Shown: in pieces, positions 24,344-32,753 of the stretch | Layout: every line of letters begins with the position of its first letter | How positions within the stretch are numbered: the first letter of the stretch is position 1 | Assembly (NCBI GenBank): GCA_947624035.1 | Contig: CANQIH010000001.1 | Coordinates: 1-40,980 of the forward strand | DNA length: 40,980 nt | Reading direction: 5' to 3' | Source: an uncultured Oscillospiraceae bacterium | Lineage (GTDB): Bacteria; Bacillota; Clostridia; Oscillospirales; Oscillospiraceae | Position numbers and translations under genes: made by a program | Notes under the pieces: model-generated | What the model saw: the letters and a program-made list of their open reading frames with translations, nothing else | The model's database searches: none | Told to the model about the DNA's origin: nothing

Positions 24344-24566
24344 GTTCTGTTCCTCCTTCGGTTACATTCTCATCGGTCAAATGGAGCATCGCCTGGAGAT
24401 TGTTTTCCATGCGGTGCAGCTCGCCCATCAGCTGGGCCATTGTTGTTTGCAGCTGCGCGGCCGCTTCTTTTTCAGTCAGCCCGGCAAACCGGGCAGCGGC
24501 TCCACCGTCCATTTCTGAGGACTGTTCCGCCGTGCAGCCAGGCGTGCCGCGTGTATCCTCCGGCAT
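24330..24566 (-). CDS. Hypothetical 78-aa protein
   Basis: Its ATG overlaps the upstream stop (TGATG), and it fills an otherwise 220-nt gap in a tightly packed operon. No recognisable motif. Confidence 0.45.
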   Translation of the reverse strand: MPEDTRGTPGCTAEQSSEMDGGAAARFAGLTEKEAAAQLQTTMAQLMGELHRMENNLQAMLHLTDENVTEGGTEHGSD

Positions 24567-24856
24567 CAGTGCGGGAAGTTCTTGGAAGAGTTGACGTCGG
24601 CCTCCTCGTACTCCCCGCGCGCCGTGTTCAGCTCTGCGGAATACGTATCCAGCACAGCGGCCAGCTCATCCATCCACTGGTGAAGCTGCTCCATGTTCTC
24701 GACGAACGTCTGAGAGGCATCGCCCGTCCAAGCCTCGCTCAGGGTCTGGGCGGCGTTGTAAATGCCGTTCGCCTCTTCCTTAAAGCTCTCGGTATAGTTG
24801 CTGATATTCTGCGCGGCGCTCTCCATTGCCGACAGGGTCACATCAAATTCAGCCAT
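24566..24856 (-). CDS. WXG100 (ESAT-6-like) protein
   Basis: 96 aa with ...LSEAWTGDASQTFVENM... (W-x-G at mid-length). RBS is AAGGAGGAA. Confidence 0.85.
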   Translation of the reverse strand: MAEFDVTLSAMESAAQNISNYTESFKEEANGIYNAAQTLSEAWTGDASQTFVENMEQLHQWMDELAAVLDTYSAELNTARGEYEEADVNSSKNFPH

Positions 24857-24898
24857 GCTTGTTCCTCCTTCGGATTACTCCTGTTGTTCATTCTTCCT

Positions 24899-25360
24899 TT
24901 AACCAAGAAACTGGTCCGCATCCGCCTCCGCTGCCGCGTTTACGAGCCACAGCGGAAGGGGCACCGTGTTTATCCGCATATCCGGCATAACGGTGAACGC
25001 ACCGGGTCCCCAGTTGACAAAGCCTTCGCCGGAAACATAGATGGGAGCTTCATGCGTCCTTTCCAGGGCCTCTCCCCTGCGTAGGATCCCAGCCTCTGTC
25101 TCCCGGAACGACTCATCCGTACGCCTTACGGCGTTCTCGTAGGCGTTCACACTGTCCCGCAGCGCCTTCATTCGCAGGACACAGTCCTCGAAACGGGCTG
25201 ACAGCGTTTGCAGCGCCTTGTTCTCACCATCAGGATTCGCCTCCGACAGCGCCAGCCGAACTGACGCGGCCATCTGAAGGCAATCCTCCAGTCCATGATC
25301 CGCCCGTCTCAAGCGGTCCATCGTCTCCTGCGCTGCGTTGCTGCTCCATTGGATCCTCAT
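24899..25360 (-). CDS. Helical T7SS-associated protein, possible short cargo of cassette 1
   Basis: 153 aa. The first ~100 aa are predicted helical, followed by a Trp/Pro/hydrophobic tail GFVNWGPGAFTVMPDMRINTVPLPLWLV. It occupies the same slot as the 380-aa protein in cassette 2. RBS is GGAGG. Confidence 0.55.
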   Translation of the reverse strand: MRIQWSSNAAQETMDRLRRADHGLEDCLQMAASVRLALSEANPDGENKALQTLSARFEDCVLRMKALRDSVNAYENAVRRTDESFRETEAGILRRGEALERTHEAPIYVSGEGFVNWGPGAFTVMPDMRINTVPLPLWLVNAAAEADADQFLG

Positions 25361-25372
25361 ACGAACCTCCAG

Positions 25373-25651
25373 TCACAGCTTTTCAGCCAGTTCATTATCC
25401 GCCTGTTCAAGCAGATCGGCATATACCATGATCCGGTGAGCCAGTTCTTCCATCTCCCCCTGCAGGCCGGCGGCCGCTTTGAGAAGCTGGTCCATCTGCT
25501 CTTCCATCGCCTGCGCGGTCCGCCCCCGGAAGCTCTCCAGGCACCCGGACGCATCCCGGACCGCAGGCATCACGTTTCCGTCCATATCCGCTGCCAGCTG
25601 CTTTAGCAGTCTTCCGGCGCCGCGTGTTTTTGCTGAATCATATACAGCCAA
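25373..25651 (-). CDS. Small helical-hairpin protein (Lap2-type partner, cassette 1)
   Basis: 92 aa with a TTG start and FRGRTAQAME at the turn. Paralogous to 23651..23950. Confidence 0.6.
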   Translation of the reverse strand: MAVYDSAKTRGAGRLLKQLAADMDGNVMPAVRDASGCLESFRGRTAQAMEEQMDQLLKAAAGLQGEMEELAHRIMVYADLLEQADNELAEKL

Positions 25652-25682
25652 TGCCGATCTACCTCTTCCTTACAGGATCAGA

Positions 25683-26012
25683 TCAAAGATAAGTGGGGGC
25701 GTTGGAGCCGACCTCCAGGGAGGCGGACTGATTGCCCACATTGCCCTCGGTGGTCTCCATCGTGTTGATGGTGTTGCGCAGGCCGGTCACCGTCTCGTCG
25801 ATGGCCCGGTCAGCGGTGATGACGTTGGCCTTGATGTCAACGTACCGTGCGCTCAGCGCCAGATAAGCGGGGCCCTTGTAGCAGTTGTCCAGGTGCTCCT
25901 TCGCGGCGTCCAGCTTCTGATAGGCGTCCTGGAGCGTCTGGCGGGCGGACTCATAGCGCTGGATGGCAGCTTCCATCTCGGCGGTGCTGACAAGAATACG
26001 ATCGTTTGCCAT
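25683..26012 (-). CDS. WXG100-superfamily-like protein (YKG in place of WXG), Lap1/TIGR04197-like partner, cassette 1
   Basis: 109 aa: MANDRILVSTAEMEAAIQRYE...NCYKGPAYLAL...SLEVGSNAPTYL. RBS is AAAGGAGGAA. Confidence 0.7.
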   Translation of the reverse strand: MANDRILVSTAEMEAAIQRYESARQTLQDAYQKLDAAKEHLDNCYKGPAYLALSARYVDIKANVITADRAIDETVTGLRNTINTMETTEGNVGNQSASLEVGSNAPTYL

Positions 26013-26031
26013 GGTTGTTTCCTCCTTTCAA

Positions 26032-26325
26032 TTAACCCTCTACGATGCTCTTGACGGCGTCTTCCATCTCGTTGTAAAGATCAATGAACTTCCGGATCAC
26101 CTGAATCATCTCGCGGATGATCCGCAGCATCTGCTGGTACCAGGTGTAGGCGTTCTCCTGATGGGCGACGAACGCGTCCTTCGTGGCGCCTTCCCACTTG
26201 CTGGCGAGATCGTTGGCAGCGCTCTTTGACGCCTCAACGGCCTCCTCGTAGATCTCCGCAGCCTGGTTCATTTCGTTGGCGGCCTGAGCGAGCTCAGCAG
26301 CCTGAACGAGCAGTTCCAATACCAT
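26032..26325 (-). CDS. esxA: WXG100 (EsxA/ESAT-6-like) protein
   Basis: 97 aa with ...LASKWEGATKDAFVAHQ... Perfect RBS AAAGGAGGAACAGGAAATG. It is preceded by a 138-nt intergenic region. Confidence 0.88.
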   Translation of the reverse strand: MVLELLVQAAELAQAANEMNQAAEIYEEAVEASKSAANDLASKWEGATKDAFVAHQENAYTWYQQMLRIIREMIQVIRKFIDLYNEMEDAVKSIVEG

Positions 26326-26463
26326 TTCCTGTTCCTCCTTTCTAAATTTGTCATCGCCTTATCTCCGGCGGTGATTGTATGCTAGCACACCCCATACGCT
26401 TTACGCCACACTTTGCGACGAACGGCAGTATTTTGGGTGTGAATAGCCGGATTTACGTCTTTT

Positions 26464-26715
26464 TTACATCAAGATCAGCTGTGAACCGTCCCGCAGACCC
26501 GCCTCCGCCACGGTCAGCCGGGGGTCCAGGATCATCTCACGGTCCCGGTCGCAGAGGATAGCCTGCTCCCGGTCGAACTCCAGGTCCTGCTGCGTCGTCT
26601 CCAGGATGCGGATCACCTCGTCGGTGATATCCCCCACGCGGCCGATGGACGGCAGACGAAAATCGTAGCTGGCCGATGTGGCGGGGATGTATACCTCAAC
26701 TATTATAGATTCCAT
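26464..26715 (-). CDS. esaB: YukD/EsaB ubiquitin-like T7SS component
   Basis: 83 aa: MESIIVEVYIPATSASYDFRLPS...LTVAEAGLRDGSQLILM, compared with the B. subtilis YukD pattern (FDLRL...L...G..DGD.L.L). The ATG lies 1 nt after the upstream TGA. Confidence 0.8.
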   Translation of the reverse strand: MESIIVEVYIPATSASYDFRLPSIGRVGDITDEVIRILETTQQDLEFDREQAILCDRDREMILDPRLTVAEAGLRDGSQLILM

Positions 26716-26716
26716 T

Positions 26717-27223
26717 TCACCGAACCTCACTCTCTTTCATCTGCTGGAAGAGGGATTGGAGCGCCTGCTGGCCGTCCCCCTCCCCGGAGAGGCTGTCTTT
26801 TATCACCAGGGACACATGCACCGGTCCCTCCAGACGGGCCGCCGCATCCTGGCATGGCTCCCATGCGCCCGCCATATCCGGCAGCGGCTCCAGCGTCAAC
26901 ACGCCGTCCTTCTCCTCCGCCAGCACGCATATCCGCGCGCCGCGGTACAGCACCGCCGTCCCGTTCTGCCCTCGCAGCGCCAGGCGGCATTTGCTCCGCC
27001 CCGCCTCACGCATGGTGAGCGAGACAGCCCTGTCCACCAGGACCCGTTCCCCGCACACCATCACCGTACCGCCCGCGATGAGGTCCTGCACCGTTTTCTC
27101 CTCCGGCTGCAGCGCCTTCACAGACGTATCCGGCAGCGACGGCAGGTCCATCAGCTTCAAAAGCGCGGCCAGCTCCCGGCTCCCGAACCGGAAAGCGATC
27201 CGCTCCACCGCGTCGTGGCTCAT
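26717..27223 (-). CDS. Hypothetical 168-aa soluble protein in the T7SS core operon
   Basis: ATGA overlap with the LytTR gene stop, with AAGGAGGTGA upstream of the ATG at 27223. The longer track ORF (to 27373) would overlap the LytTR gene. No motif recognised. Confidence 0.7.
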   Translation of the reverse strand: MSHDAVERIAFRFGSRELAALLKLMDLPSLPDTSVKALQPEEKTVQDLIAGGTVMVCGERVLVDRAVSLTMREAGRSKCRLALRGQNGTAVLYRGARICVLAEEKDGVLTLEPLPDMAGAWEPCQDAAARLEGPVHVSLVIKDSLSGEGDGQQALQSLFQQMKESEVR

Positions 27224-27969
27224 CCGCGGCTCACCTCCTTCAAGCGCTCCCGAAGGGCGTCCTTGTATGACCGCGACACAGGGAGCCGCTCGTTGGTCGT
27301 AAGGCAGACCGTCATCTCCGGCGATATAAAGCTCTCCACATAGTCCCTGTTCACGATATAGGAGCGGTGGCACCGGATAAAGCTCTCCGGCAGCTCCTCC
27401 GCCAGCGTGTTGAGGCTGGCGCGGATGGTGATGGCGTGGTGGGCCGTGCAGACACGCAGAAGCTTGTTCTGCGCCTCCAGATACAGGATATCCTTGTAGG
27501 CGATGCGCTGCACGGTGCCCCCTGTGCTCACGACCATGTACGCGCCCTCGTTCCCCTGCTCATACAGGGCCTCATAGTCGTTCAGGATGCGCCGCAGGCT
27601 CACCCGCGCCAGCTCATCCCGCAGAGGGAGCATCAGCACGCCCGCAGGCCGCATGCACCGGCTGAGGACGGCGTCCAGCAGGTTTCCGTCGTGGACGCAC
27701 AGCAGCGCATAGTTGTCCCGGTTGCGGCCCATCACACCGGCAAAGCGGCGGATGCAGCCCTCCGCACCTTCGGGCCCGGCGTCCGTCACGCCCAGGATCA
27801 CCAGCATGATGCCGGTCTCCGTCTCCACCATGCGGTCCAGCTCCGGGAGCGAGCCCGTCAGAAGCTCGATGCGCAGAGACGGGTATTCCCGGCGGACCAG
27901 CTCACCCAAAAGCTCCGCCCAGCGGGCACGGACCCGTTCATCCGGCTCGCAAATGACCACCGGAAGCAT
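27220..27969 (-). CDS. LytTR-family DNA-binding regulator with a degenerate (pseudo-)receiver domain
   Basis: C-terminal LytTR signature: IAYKDILYLEAQNKLLRV...FIRCHRSYIVNRDYV. The N-terminus is AgrA-like (VVICEPDE...; ALLCVHDG), but the phospho-acceptor position reads LVILGVTD against AgrA YFLDIQL. The ATG lies 6 nt after the essC stop, and its RBS GAGGAGGAG sits inside the essC 3' end. Confidence 0.8.
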   Translation of the reverse strand: MLPVVICEPDERVRARWAELLGELVRREYPSLRIELLTGSLPELDRMVETETGIMLVILGVTDAGPEGAEGCIRRFAGVMGRNRDNYALLCVHDGNLLDAVLSRCMRPAGVLMLPLRDELARVSLRRILNDYEALYEQGNEGAYMVVSTGGTVQRIAYKDILYLEAQNKLLRVCTAHHAITIRASLNTLAEELPESFIRCHRSYIVNRDYVESFISPEMTVCLTTNERLPVSRSYKDALRERLKEVSRG

Positions 27970-27975
27970 ACACGT

Positions 27976-30900
27976 TTACTCCTCCTCTTCCTTCTCCGCC
28001 AGGGGAACGACGATCTGGAGCGTGTTGCCGTTGTCCCCGGCGAATCCCTGGCCTATAGGCAGCGCTGCGCCCCGGACCTTGGAAGTGAGGGCCGCGCCCA
28101 CGTTGCAGGGGTCGAACTCCGTGAGCTTGCCGCCCAGCGCGATAGCCCGCCCCTGGGCGATGAGCTTCTTGAGCGGATCGTACATGACGGCTGTCTTCTC
28201 CGCCGAAGAGACGCCCATAAACACGGTGAAGTTGTAGTAGGGCTTCTCCACGATCTCCCCCAGCAGGCCCTGCACCATGGGAAGATGCTGCTTGTTGGGC
28301 TCCTTGTTGAACTCGCCGTAGAGCCGCTCCGCGTTGTCGATCAGCACGCAGCATGGCTTGAACTCCGCCGCCTGCCGGATCGCCGCCGCCTTGCCCTTGG
28401 CCACCGCCGCGTCATGCAGCGGCTTGCGGGCCTTGGCATAGCTGACGATGAACGACTGCAAAAACTGTGCGATCTCCTCCGGCGTGCTGTACAGCTTGGC
28501 GCCCAGCGTGCCGGCCAAATCGGTCCAGTTGTCGTCGGCGATGATGTGTACGTCCGCGCCGCGCTCTGTCATCACACGGGCCATCAGCTTCAGGAAGTTG
28601 GTGATGCCGCTTCGCTTCGGGCCGTAGACCGCCCAGGACGGCGCCTTCTCCGTATGGAGCGCAGCCATGGTGCCGCGGACCATGTCGTAGCCGATGGGCA
28701 GCGTGAAGGGCTCGGTCTTTGTCTGCCCGAACTCCTTCGCGGCGAACAGGGTCTCCCAGGTGGGGTCCTGGGGCAGACGGGGTATCCCGTCGGGACGGGC
28801 GCCATGCCAGGCGCTGTCCAGACCCTTCGCGTATCCAGCGATGAGCTCTGCCCTGTCCACATCGGTGAGCGGCTCGGTCATCTCCATCGCGTGGGTGACG
28901 GTATACTTCTCCCCCTGGGTCAAGGACTCGAAGCCCTCTTCCGTGTGGGCAGGCGCGGCGCCGCCCATGGCGAACTGTACCTCGTAGATCTTCCCCGCAA
29001 TGATGCCCATGCCGCGTCCGGTCAGAGCCGCGATGGGCGGCATATCGTAGGGGACCGTCTTGCCGATGCACTCGGTGTAGTCGCCCCGCTCCTTCAGCCG
29101 CAGGGCCACGCCGCCGAAGCTGGGACGGACCTTCATCGGCACCTCGTTGTTGGCCATGGCCGTCACCACGAAGTGGATGCCGCGGCCGCTGCCCTCCTGG
29201 AGCAGGGACTGGATGCGGGCCGTATAGAAGTCCTCGTTCGCGAACATCTCCCGCAGCTGGGCGTAGCGGTCCACGAACACCACGATGGCCGGCTCGGGCT
29301 TTTCGCCCCGCTTGACGCGGGCGGTGTTGTACTCCACGAAGCTGTCTGTGGAGGCGGCGGCGAACAGGTTCGCCCGGCGGCCCATCTCCGCGAAGAGCAT
29401 GTTGATGAACCGCTTGATCTCCAGTATCTCCCCGTCGAAGGCGATATCGCCCACCTGAGGGAACGCCAACAGGTTCCGAAGGGTCTGGCTGGTGAGGCTC
29501 AGGATATAGATGTTCAGATGCTCTGGATCGTAGAGGCTGCACAGGGAGTAGACCATGCTCTGGACCAGGGTCGTCTTGCCGGTGCCGGCCAGGCCCGTGA
29601 TCATCAGGTTGCGGTTCTGGGTCAGGTCCAGGGTGAAGGGCACGTAGCGCTGGTTGGCCACGTCGTCCGCCATGCCGGCCGGGATGATGATGTTCCCCGC
29701 CGGGTTGGGGTAGGCGCTGCCGTCCCACATGGCCCGCCGGAACATCTCGATATCCCGCAGGTAGATGTGCTGGGGCAGCTCCGGCAGCCAGAGCTGCCGG
29801 TTGGTGGACATGCCGTGCTCCGCGGCCACCTCCATGATGCGGTCCAGCACCGCCTCCATCTGGGACGGCGGCTTCTGGCCGGAGGACCCGCCCTTTTTGC
29901 CCGCCGGGACCACATGGCCGATGCTGCTGAGCAGCTGGGGCATCTCCTCCGGGCGGGGCTCATCCGGCTTGTAGGCCAGGCCGGAGTAGCTGGTCTGGAC
30001 CTGGTGGAACTCCTCGTCGTTGCCGATCTGGATGAAGCAGCGGCCCATGCCCTTGATGTAGGCGGCGTCTGGGCGCTTGAGCATCTCCATGGAGTCCTGG
30101 CGGGTCTGCACACGCAGGCACAGGTGGAACCGGGAGTTGGCCCAGATCTCGTCGCTGACCGAGTTGGACGGCTTCTGGGTGGCCAGGATGAGGTGGATGC
30201 CCAGGGAACGGCCCACGCGGGACGCGCTCACCAGCTCGCCCATGAACTCCGGCTGTTCGCTCTTCAGCTCGGCGAACTCGTCCACGATGATGATGAGGTG
30301 CGGCATCTCCCGGCCGGGGATGTCGCCGTACTGCCGGGTGTAGTCGTTGATGTTGTTGATCTGGACCTCTTTGAAGATGCGCTCGCGGCGGTGGATCTCG
30401 CCGTTGAGGGACGCCAGGGCCCGGTCGATCACCCGGGGACCCTGGAGGTTGTCGATGATGCCGGCCACATGGGGCAGTTCCCGGAAGGAGTCGGCCATGC
30501 CGCCGCCCTTGTAGTCGATGAGGATGAACTGCACCTGACGGGGGCTGTAGTTCAGGGCCAGCGAGAGGATGTATGTCTCCAGCATGACGGACTTGCCGGA
30601 GCCGGTGGTGCCGGCGATCAGGCCGTGGGGACCGTGGAAGCGGTCGGATATATCCAGCACGAAGGGCTGGGAGCCGGCCCGGTAGCCGATGACGGACTTG
30701 AGCCCCTCGTAGGTGTGGTTCTCCGTCCACATCCGCCAGACTTCCAGGTCCTCCGTCCGGCGCACGCCGTAGATATCCAGGAACGACACCAGCGTGGGGA
30801 TGGCGGCGTTCTCCGCCACGTCCCGCACCCGAATGGGCGCCATCGTGCGGGAGAAGGACCGGACCAGGCCCTTGTCCGGGTACTCGAAATCCACCTCGCG

Positions 30901-32733
30901 GGTGGTGCCCTCGCTGGAGTGTATGTGGCCCTTTCCGCCCTCCACGTTGAGCACCAGACGGCACTCCTTGGGCAGGTGGGTCATATCCTCTCCCAGCATC
31001 ACCAGCGTCATGCCCTGCCGGTTGGTCAGCAGCTGGCGCATGATGATCTCATCCTCCAGGATGCGGTAGTTGGTGCAGAAGATCACATAGTGGGGCAGCG
31101 GCGGCGCGTCCTTCGCGCCCTCCTCGCCATTGTCCCGGCCCGCCGACTCGGCGGCGTTGTTCTTTCGGATGGTCAGCACCTCTTCCAGGTGGCTCACCAC
31201 GTCGTGGACGTCGTCCGGGTTGGAGGCGACCATCCGCAGCTGCCGGTCCTCACTGGCGAACACATGGGGCAGCCAGCGGGCCCAGGACCACTGGGACAGG
31301 CTCCCCTCCTCCGTCAGTACGGCGATGCGCACGTCGTGGTAGCTGTGCAGCGCGGCGATCTGCATCAAAAGGCCCTGGGCGAACAGGGTCGCCCGTACGC
31401 CGCCCAGGATGCCGATCACGGCCTCGTCCCGCAGGGGCAGCGTCACCGGGGCGTTGTGCACGACGGAATAGGTCTGCCGCAGCCGCTCGGGCTCCTGGCG
31501 GAGATCGTCGTCGATCAGGGACAGCTTCTCCTTGGGGACGGATATCTCGCAGGGCATGTCCACCGTGCCGGTGCCCACGCGCACATGGAGGAAGTCCCCG
31601 TGCAGGGGCATCCGGTCCCACATCTGGTGGGTATTGGCCGCCGGCAGCGCGGCGCACTGGGCCACATTGGGGAACGTATCCATCAGACGGCGGTGCTCCC
31701 GCTCGTTCATGGTCCTCAGGATGCTCTCCATCTCCGTGATGTACCGCTGGTACATCCCGATGCGGCGGTTCTCCATTATGATCTCAGTTTTCTTTCGGTG
31801 GGTGCGGTTGATGAGGCCCCACATCACAGCCAGCACGGAGGACGTGCCGATCATCACGACGCCGCTGGAGAGCAGCCCGTTGCGGTTGCTGGCCACCAGC
31901 GTGCCCATCAGCATGGGCAGGATCATGGTCATGGACGGACCCAGCTGAAGGAGCAGCGGCTGCTGGTTGGGGTCGGGCTTGGGCAGCGGCGCCTCGATGT
32001 CCACATCCTCCGCCTCGCAGGGCGTGAGCATGCGGGGGATGCGCTGATACTCCCGGTAAACGCTTGGCAGCTCCTGGTCCTCACCGTCCGGGAGGGCCTT
32101 GACATAGTCCACGCGCCACTTCTCCAGGCGGCACTCCTGGCTGGTGGCCGTCCGGCTGACAGCGATGCACTTGTCGAGATAGATGACCTTCAGGCCCGTG
32201 GGGAACGCCAGCACGTCGCCGAACTTCAGCTTGACCTTGCTGCCGATCATCTTCAGCCCGTTCAGATATGTACCGTTGGTGGACTTATCCTGATACCGGA
32301 CATACCCGTCCTGGGTCAGGCCCAGGTATCCGTGCTCCGTGCTCATGAGCGCGCCCGTATCCCGGATATCCGCGTTCTCCCCGCGGCCGATGACCAGCAT
32401 CCGCTGCTTGGGCATGGCATATTTGGAAAAGCGCAGCCAGTGCTTGTCGCAGGGCTTCACGACCATCATGATCTCCCGGCCGCTTTGGGGCTCACACATG
32501 GTGAACACCGAGTCGCCCTTGACCTCGCGCTCCCGGCGCCCGCCGCCCTTCCAGCTCAGCGGCGTCTGGGGAGAGACCCAGACGCGGCCGTCCAGAGAGC
32601 GGACGGAGATATACATATCATAGTCCAGACCGGCCTCATCCTGGCGGAGGACGATCTTTCTGTTCCAGCTTTTCAGGTCCGGGAAATACACATCCTTGAA
32701 CCAGTCGCCGTACATCAGCCATGCGGTGTACAT
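27976..32733 (-). CDS. essC: EssC/YukB-type FtsK-SpoIIIE ATPase (T7SSb motor): two N-terminal FHA domains, 2 TM, three P-loop domains
   Basis: 1585 aa. FHA-2 reads LVIGRGEN...MSTEHG...STNGTYLNG. TMs are LGPSMTMILPMLMGTLVA and VVMIGTSSVLAVMWGLI. Walker A motifs are GTTGSGKS (D1), GLAGTGKT (D2) and a degenerate GPKRSGIT (D3). RBS is GGAGG. Confidence 0.93.
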   Translation of the reverse strand: MYTAWLMYGDWFKDVYFPDLKSWNRKIVLRQDEAGLDYDMYISVRSLDGRVWVSPQTPLSWKGGGRREREVKGDSVFTMCEPQSGREIMMVVKPCDKHWLRFSKYAMPKQRMLVIGRGENADIRDTGALMSTEHGYLGLTQDGYVRYQDKSTNGTYLNGLKMIGSKVKLKFGDVLAFPTGLKVIYLDKCIAVSRTATSQECRLEKWRVDYVKALPDGEDQELPSVYREYQRIPRMLTPCEAEDVDIEAPLPKPDPNQQPLLLQLGPSMTMILPMLMGTLVASNRNGLLSSGVVMIGTSSVLAVMWGLINRTHRKKTEIIMENRRIGMYQRYITEMESILRTMNEREHRRLMDTFPNVAQCAALPAANTHQMWDRMPLHGDFLHVRVGTGTVDMPCEISVPKEKLSLIDDDLRQEPERLRQTYSVVHNAPVTLPLRDEAVIGILGGVRATLFAQGLLMQIAALHSYHDVRIAVLTEEGSLSQWSWARWLPHVFASEDRQLRMVASNPDDVHDVVSHLEEVLTIRKNNAAESAGRDNGEEGAKDAPPLPHYVIFCTNYRILEDEIIMRQLLTNRQGMTLVMLGEDMTHLPKECRLVLNVEGGKGHIHSSEGTTREVDFEYPDKGLVRSFSRTMAPIRVRDVAENAAIPTLVSFLDIYGVRRTEDLEVWRMWTENHTYEGLKSVIGYRAGSQPFVLDISDRFHGPHGLIAGTTGSGKSVMLETYILSLALNYSPRQVQFILIDYKGGGMADSFRELPHVAGIIDNLQGPRVIDRALASLNGEIHRRERIFKEVQINNINDYTRQYGDIPGREMPHLIIIVDEFAELKSEQPEFMGELVSASRVGRSLGIHLILATQKPSNSVSDEIWANSRFHLCLRVQTRQDSMEMLKRPDAAYIKGMGRCFIQIGNDEEFHQVQTSYSGLAYKPDEPRPEEMPQLLSSIGHVVPAGKKGGSSGQKPPSQMEAVLDRIMEVAAEHGMSTNRQLWLPELPQHIYLRDIEMFRRAMWDGSAYPNPAGNIIIPAGMADDVANQRYVPFTLDLTQNRNLMITGLAGTGKTTLVQSMVYSLCSLYDPEHLNIYILSLTSQTLRNLLAFPQVGDIAFDGEILEIKRFINMLFAEMGRRANLFAAASTDSFVEYNTARVKRGEKPEPAIVVFVDRYAQLREMFANEDFYTARIQSLLQEGSGRGIHFVVTAMANNEVPMKVRPSFGGVALRLKERGDYTECIGKTVPYDMPPIAALTGRGMGIIAGKIYEVQFAMGGAAPAHTEEGFESLTQGEKYTVTHAMEMTEPLTDVDRAELIAGYAKGLDSAWHGARPDGIPRLPQDPTWETLFAAKEFGQTKTEPFTLPIGYDMVRGTMAALHTEKAPSWAVYGPKRSGITNFLKLMARVMTERGADVHIIADDNWTDLAGTLGAKLYSTPEEIAQFLQSFIVSYAKARKPLHDAAVAKGKAAAIRQAAEFKPCCVLIDNAERLYGEFNKEPNKQHLPMVQGLLGEIVEKPYYNFTVFMGVSSAEKTAVMYDPLKKLIAQGRAIALGGKLTEFDPCNVGAALTSKVRGAALPIGQGFAGDNGNTLQIVVPLAEKEEEE

Positions 32734-32753
32734 ATCATATATCCTCCCGCCGA

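Noticed and set aside
13136-25084. Plus-strand ORFs 13136..14455, 14256..15476, 17863..19524, 19813..21489, 22446..23588 and 23639..25084
   Set aside because: All are antisense to minus-strand genes with clear kinase, PP2C, vWA/FHA or WXG100 motifs. Several would span multiple minus-strand genes and intergenic hairpins.
26326-26463. LytTR-type direct repeats upstream of esxA
   Set aside because: I found only a weak CGTAAA duplication 52 nt apart. This does not fit the usual arrangement of 9-bp repeats with a 12-13 nt spacer, so I make no binding-site call.
26717-27373. Long (218-aa) version of the ORF downstream of the LytTR gene
   Set aside because: Its first 50 codons would overlap the LytTR coding sequence. 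The internal ATG at 27223 has a strong RBS and the classic ATGA stop/start overlap.
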